Assembly: GCA_017062915.1 (NCBI GenBank)
Contig: GCA_017062915.1_4331.1
Source: a phage
Length of the DNA stretch: 40,644 nt
Strand: one strand, 5' to 3'
Positions 36,211 to 40,644 of the stretch are shown here, in pieces. The stretch's first letter is position 1, and each line of letters starts with the position of its first letter. The notes below the pieces were generated by a model. It was not told the DNA's origin and ran no database searches. It worked only from the letters and a program-made list of their open reading frames with translations. The position numbers were made by a program, and so were the translations under genes.

Positions 36211-36239
36211 ATAGTACGCTATTATATTGGGGTGCGCAA
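36211..36239 (-). promoter_or_regulatory. early-class promoter TTGCGC-N17-TACTAT with AATAG-N4-CTATT palindrome
   Basis: Same module as 17220, 18728 and 27927; drives the reverse-oriented cassette 34183-36180. Confidence 0.55.
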
Positions 36240-36347
36240 GTAATGTGATAGAATAATTTTGCGCCTAGTGTCGCACACGAAAAGCGGGTGGTTCCCGTCT
36301 GGCGCATTTACCATTAACCTGTAACCTCTTAACCAAAGGATTAAAGA

Positions 36348-36764
36348 ATGAAACTTTCTGATTTTTATTACGAAGCTGAGGCAGAAAAAGGCGCCCGTAT
36401 GCCGATACCACTGAAAGACGGCACCGATTCAGGGGAGTGGCTGAACGTTGTTTCACCGGAGGCAGACGTTGCTGTTAAAGCTATGAGGGCGTTTACACTT
36501 GCGTACCGCGCGGCATTAGGTAAATTGAAACCGCTTCGCGATAAATGCGAGGAACTGAAAGATTTCTCGGAATACAACATCAAGATGGAAGACGCCGCAA
36601 CGGACCTTAACCGCCAGTTAGCGCTTGAACTGGTTAACGGTTGGAGTCTCGACGATGAATTTAATAAAGAGAACCTGAATACTCTTTTCTCACAATATAA
36701 ACGACTCGCTGAACACGTTGTTGTTTTCCACAATGAACAGCTTCACCAATTGCAGGAAAAGTAG
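36348..36764 (+). CDS. tail assembly chaperone
   Basis: 138 aa directly upstream of the tape measure gene; RBS AAAGGA. Confidence 0.5.
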   Translation: MKLSDFYYEAEAEKGARMPIPLKDGTDSGEWLNVVSPEADVAVKAMRAFTLAYRAALGKLKPLRDKCEELKDFSEYNIKMEDAATDLNRQLALELVNGWSLDDEFNKENLNTLFSQYKRLAEHVVVFHNEQLHQLQEK

Positions 36765-36769
36765 ACGCG

Positions 36770-37129
36770 TTGCTCCAGTTTGCCCGTTGGAACTTCATAA
36801 CCCGCCACAAACGGCGGGAGTTTGACAGTATCGCCGACGGGCATAAAGCCGCGCTAATTGCTATGGGGGTTATGCAAGACGCGCCGGAAGCAACGCAGGA
36901 CACAGGGCCGGAATGCCCCCCTGAGCTATTAACCACCTTCGAGAAGTACAGGGAAATCAAATTCACCCGCCGAGTGGACGATGATGGCATCAAGATGTAC
37001 CCGCGCGAACAGTTAAGATGGTCGGATTTAGTGGCATACAGCACCGTTTCAGGCCAGAATATAGGCATGTTCGAATCTGACATCATCATGAGCTTAGACG
37101 CTATTTTCGAGGGTAGAAACGATGGCTGA
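36770..37129 (+). CDS. tail assembly chaperone extension (possible frameshift product)
   Basis: ORF in the -1 frame relative to the chaperone, open across its last codons, ending in overlap with the tape measure start. Confidence 0.35.
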   Translation: MLQFARWNFITRHKRREFDSIADGHKAALIAMGVMQDAPEATQDTGPECPPELLTTFEKYREIKFTRRVDDDGIKMYPREQLRWSDLVAYSTVSGQNIGMFESDIIMSLDAIFEGRNDG

Positions 37130-39458
37130 TGTAGCTAGTTTAGTTGTAAAGGTATCAGAGCAAGGCGCGAAAGCTACATCGGACCGTCTTGATAATCTCT
37201 CCAAGTCGGCAAAAGTAGCGGGGGCAGCCGTAGCCGGACTCGCTTCAATTGTCGCCGCGACAGCGTACAAGGCCGCACAGGAACTGGTAGACTCCCAACG
37301 GCAACTGGACAAGATGTCCGCCAGCCTGAAAACACTAACCGGAAGCACGCAGGGTGCAAGACAGGCGTTAAGCATCCTGCAAGACTTCGCGCGCGACACC
37401 CCGTATGGTCTTGAACAGGCGGTAGAGGGATTCCGTAAACTGGTGGCTCTCGGCCTTACACCGTCAGAAGAAGCGTTGCGCTCCTATGGCAACACTGCCG
37501 CTGCTATGGGTAAAGACCTTAATCAGATGATTGAGGCCGTTGCGGACGCCAGCACATTTGAATTTGAGCGCCTTAAAGAATTCGGCATCAAGGCCAAGCA
37601 AAACAAAGACGATGTTGAATTTACATTCCAGGGCACCACTACGGTAGTTAAGAAGAGCGCTGCCGACATCGAGCAATACCTGCTCAACATTGGTAACGTA
37701 AACTTCGCAGGGGCTATGGCGGACCAGGCCAACACACTTAACGGGGCCATCGCCAGTGCCAGCGATTCCTGGTCGCAGTTAAAAATGACACTGGCTACCA
37801 GCCTTGATGTTGGTGCTCTTGCGGAACCTATCCGGTACATCGATGATTTAATCCAGGAACTTAACGCACAGGTGGCATCCGGTGAACTCGCCGCCGAGAT
37901 GCGTATGTGGGGTGACATCGCATCAGAAGTGGGCAGCGCGATAGAGATGTCGTTCGACGCGGCATTTGGTTTCGTAGGCGACGCAATAAACGGGCTGAAT
38001 GAACTTTGGGATTTTAGCAGTAAAAGTATCACCGACAGCGGCGAACAAACGGCGACAACCATCGCGGAATCAGCTGCCGATGCGCTCGATTTCATCGCAG
38101 AAGAATTTACCGCGATGGAGCGCTTCTTTGAAGATATGGTTAAAGGGGCACAGGACGCTGGCCGGTTGGTGAAAGCTGCCTTCACACCAGGGGAATCCGT
38201 AGACGTAGCAAAAAACATTAACTTCCAGTTAGGGATGGCACTGGATACTCAGCGTGATGTTGCGGACCTGACCCGTAAAAGTTTCCGCGAACAGGTGGAG
38301 GCTCAGCAAAATATTGTCGCGCTTAAACGCGCGGCATATGACATCGACAAAGAAGCCGCTAAGGAAGAAGGTCTTAGTAAATTTAAGGTAACTGGTACTG
38401 GTGGCGGATCCGAAGATGATAGCGCAGGTGCAAAAGCCGCTAAGAAAGCCGCAGATGCGTTCGAGCGCCAGAAGAAAGCCGCTGAGGATTTCTACTACCA
38501 GTCGATTCATCTCAATGATGACGTATTCCAGAAAATAGAAGCCAACCAGGAACAGCAGCTAACCAAGCTACAGGAGTTTTACGGCAATCAGCTTCTTAGC
38601 GACCAGCAATACGAGAACGCTAAAACTCAGATTATGTTGGAGGCGGACACCGCTCGCCAGGAAGAACTCGCCAAGCGGGAGAAAGAACGACAGGAGAAGA
38701 ACCAGAAAGGCGAAGACTTCATGGCTCAGATTATGGGTCAGAATGCCACCGAGCTTGAGCTTCTGGAAATTCAGGAACAACAAAAACTGGACGTTGCGGA
38801 CAGATACCGTGAACAGAATCTTATTAACGAGGAACAGTACCAGGCTGCGGTTAATGCTATAAACGACCAGTACGCGTTAAAACGCGCCAACGCTACAGGT
38901 AACGCTTTCGGCATGATGGCGGATAATATTAAATCGTCGCTTGGCGAAGCGTCTACCGCTTATAAAGCGTTTGCTATCGCCCAGGCCACCATCGCCACAT
39001 ACACATCCGCCATCGAGGCTTATAAATCTGCGTCCGCGATTCCTTTTGTTGGTTGGATACTTGGGCCGATAGCAGCAGCTACAGCGGTAGCGGCAGGTCT
39101 CGCTAACATCAGCAAGATTCGTTCGGCCCGTGAACAGGGTGGTAACTTAGCTGCCGGGCAGCTATCCACCATTGCAGAACGTAACAAGCCGGAAGTTATT
39201 ATGCCTGCGGGGGCGTCACGCGTACGTACCGCGGAACAGATGCGCCAGATTATGGGCGAGAACGGCAACAAGTCAGGCGGTGACAGCGTGACAATCGTCA
39301 ACAACACCACCGGACGAGTTGATTCCGCCGTTACAGAGCGTGACGACGAAGGGCGGTTACGTGTTATCATCAGTGAAACAGTATCGGCGGCGTTACAAGA
39401 CAGCAACAGTGCAATCTCCAAGTCCCGCCGGGCTACACGAAACCAGCCGGGGTATTAA
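37122..39458 (+). CDS. tail tape measure protein
   Basis: 778 aa, long Ala/Gln/Glu-rich helical regions, C-terminal hydrophobic segment (ILGPIAAATAVAAGLA); position after the chaperone pair. Confidence 0.7.
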   Translation: MADVASLVVKVSEQGAKATSDRLDNLSKSAKVAGAAVAGLASIVAATAYKAAQELVDSQRQLDKMSASLKTLTGSTQGARQALSILQDFARDTPYGLEQAVEGFRKLVALGLTPSEEALRSYGNTAAAMGKDLNQMIEAVADASTFEFERLKEFGIKAKQNKDDVEFTFQGTTTVVKKSAADIEQYLLNIGNVNFAGAMADQANTLNGAIASASDSWSQLKMTLATSLDVGALAEPIRYIDDLIQELNAQVASGELAAEMRMWGDIASEVGSAIEMSFDAAFGFVGDAINGLNELWDFSSKSITDSGEQTATTIAESAADALDFIAEEFTAMERFFEDMVKGAQDAGRLVKAAFTPGESVDVAKNINFQLGMALDTQRDVADLTRKSFREQVEAQQNIVALKRAAYDIDKEAAKEEGLSKFKVTGTGGGSEDDSAGAKAAKKAADAFERQKKAAEDFYYQSIHLNDDVFQKIEANQEQQLTKLQEFYGNQLLSDQQYENAKTQIMLEADTARQEELAKREKERQEKNQKGEDFMAQIMGQNATELELLEIQEQQKLDVADRYREQNLINEEQYQAAVNAINDQYALKRANATGNAFGMMADNIKSSLGEASTAYKAFAIAQATIATYTSAIEAYKSASAIPFVGWILGPIAAATAVAAGLANISKIRSAREQGGNLAAGQLSTIAERNKPEVIMPAGASRVRTAEQMRQIMGENGNKSGGDSVTIVNNTTGRVDSAVTERDDEGRLRVIISETVSAALQDSNSAISKSRRATRNQPGY

Positions 39459-39461
39459 CCA

Positions 39462-40644
39462 ATGAGTGATTTGAGATTCCCTATGTCCCTTCGACCAATA
39501 GTGTCGAAGGGGTACTCCCAAACGCGAGGGAGTAATATCTGGCGTACAGAAGTGCAAGGTGGCGTGCCGCGACAGGGGCGTGATACATACTTTGAGCCAG
39601 TGCCGATTAGCGTTACGCTCGTCGTATCGTCGCTCGGGCGACAGGCGTTCTATAGCTTCCTGAACAACATAGACGGCGGTGCGTCTTCATTTATCATGCC
39701 GCACGATACGGGTTTAGGTCTCGAAGACCACCAGGTACTTATTACGTCGGACATTAGCGACAGCACCGACGATGGTAAAAACTGGGTAATTACTTTCACA
39801 GCAACCGCGGAGCGGACTGCGATTCAGGAAGATACCTGCCTTACGAAGAATCTACCGGATTTGTTCGGTTGTTATGGGGATTGTCTGGGTAGTTTCCTGA
39901 AAATATATGCGAACTACGAGACTACGTTCCCACGCATCTGGAGTAATGAAGGGCCTGCGGGATACCCGCCAATTAACCTTCTGGCGTCCGCGCTGGATAG
40001 CCGCATTGTTTATGAGGGGCCACAGGTATACCACATCAACCGAAACGGCAATCTTGTGCCATCAGCCGCAAATGAATGGCCCCTTACGTTTATTGACGGG
40101 GTTGCTGTTGGGCGTGTGCCACCAGAAGGCGGTTCTATTAACTACCAGATATGTGGGTTAGGTATTGGGTGGGTACGTACTTTCAACCGTATACCACTAA
40201 CATCAACAGAGGACAGTGTATATCAAGGCAACCTGGCGGGCACAGTCACCCCAACAGCAGAAAATAACCGCCATTTCTTGTATGCCGAATCGCTGGGGGA
40301 TTCAGTAATAGATGTTGGGGAAACATATACTGCTACGGTAATTCTTAAGGCGAATGGTGTCCAGTTTATTCAGGTTTATTGGAACGCAGGTAGCACAGGG
40401 ATTTCATCGCACTACTCTAACTTCGACCTTATTAATAAAGCTGTATCAGGCACGGCGACATCGGCTTTCGTAACTGAAATATCTGATGGGTGGGTTCTAT
40501 GCTCAACTACCACAACCGCGACAGGAGACGGTTCTGCACTATCCTCCATCGCGGTGGCAAGCGTACCGTCTATGACGTCTACCAGACTCCCGTCTTACGC
40601 ATCGGATGGAGCATCTTCTTTTTCAGTTGCGTCCGCTCAGGTTG
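39462..40644 (+). CDS. minor tail protein, 3' end outside the window
   Basis: ATG 4 nt after the tape measure stop; frame stays open to the window end (at least 394 codons). Confidence 0.45.
   Translation, partial: MSDLRFPMSLRPIVSKGYSQTRGSNIWRTEVQGGVPRQGRDTYFEPVPISVTLVVSSLGRQAFYSFLNNIDGGASSFIMPHDTGLGLEDHQVLITSDISDSTDDGKNWVITFTATAERTAIQEDTCLTKNLPDLFGCYGDCLGSFLKIYANYETTFPRIWSNEGPAGYPPINLLASALDSRIVYEGPQVYHINRNGNLVPSAANEWPLTFIDGVAVGRVPPEGGSINYQICGLGIGWVRTFNRIPLTSTEDSVYQGNLAGTVTPTAENNRHFLYAESLGDSVIDVGETYTATVILKANGVQFIQVYWNAGSTGISSHYSNFDLINKAVSGTATSAFVTEISDGWVLCSTTTTATGDGSALSSIAVASVPSMTSTRLPSYASDGASSFSVASAQV

Noticed and set aside
37523-38218. 231-aa minus-strand ORF inside the tape measure gene
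   Set aside because: Antisense to a long gene of biased composition; Ser/Ala-rich low-complexity translation typical of shadow frames.
1-40644. Search for tRNA genes, CRISPR repeats, integrase or transposase signatures
   Set aside because: No T-loop-like tRNA consensus (GTTCGA/GTTCAA in the right context), no regularly spaced short repeats, and no tyrosine/serine recombinase or transposase motifs were found by eye; a tRNA or CRISPR scanner would be needed for certainty.

Overview
This 40.6-kb window reads as most of a tailed dsDNA phage genome (siphovirus-like gene order, enterobacterial-style sigma70 promoters and Shine-Dalgarno sites); no integrase, repressor, tRNA or CRISPR array was seen, so it is probably virulent. 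Layout: tail tip/tailspike genes (1-5907, +); a leftward replication/recombination module (5936-16806, -) with SNF2-like helicase, VRR-NUC nuclease, family A DNA polymerase, SSB-like protein, PD-(D/E)XK exonuclease and primase-helicase; a rightward block of small early genes plus holin-like proteins and endolysin (17283-22626); packaging and head genes (22803-27652); a spanin pair, scaffold, capsid, connector and major tail genes (28275-34154); tail chaperones, tape measure and a partial minor tail gene (36348-40644). The most interesting signals are: (1) a reverse-oriented four-gene accessory cassette inside the tail module (34183-36239) encoding an Imm-like membrane peptide and an HTH-metallophosphoesterase fusion, a candidate superinfection-exclusion or anti-defence system; (2) two paralogous ~240-nt noncoding elements (about 16912-17165 and 28022-28259), each with its own promoter and a downstream hairpin, placed ahead of the early and late gene blocks; (3) a 14-bp palindrome AATAG-N4-CTATT embedded in eight near-identical promoter-leader modules. 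All calls rest on reading the sequence and on motif recall; no database search was run, and coordinates of short DNA motifs may be off by a base or two.
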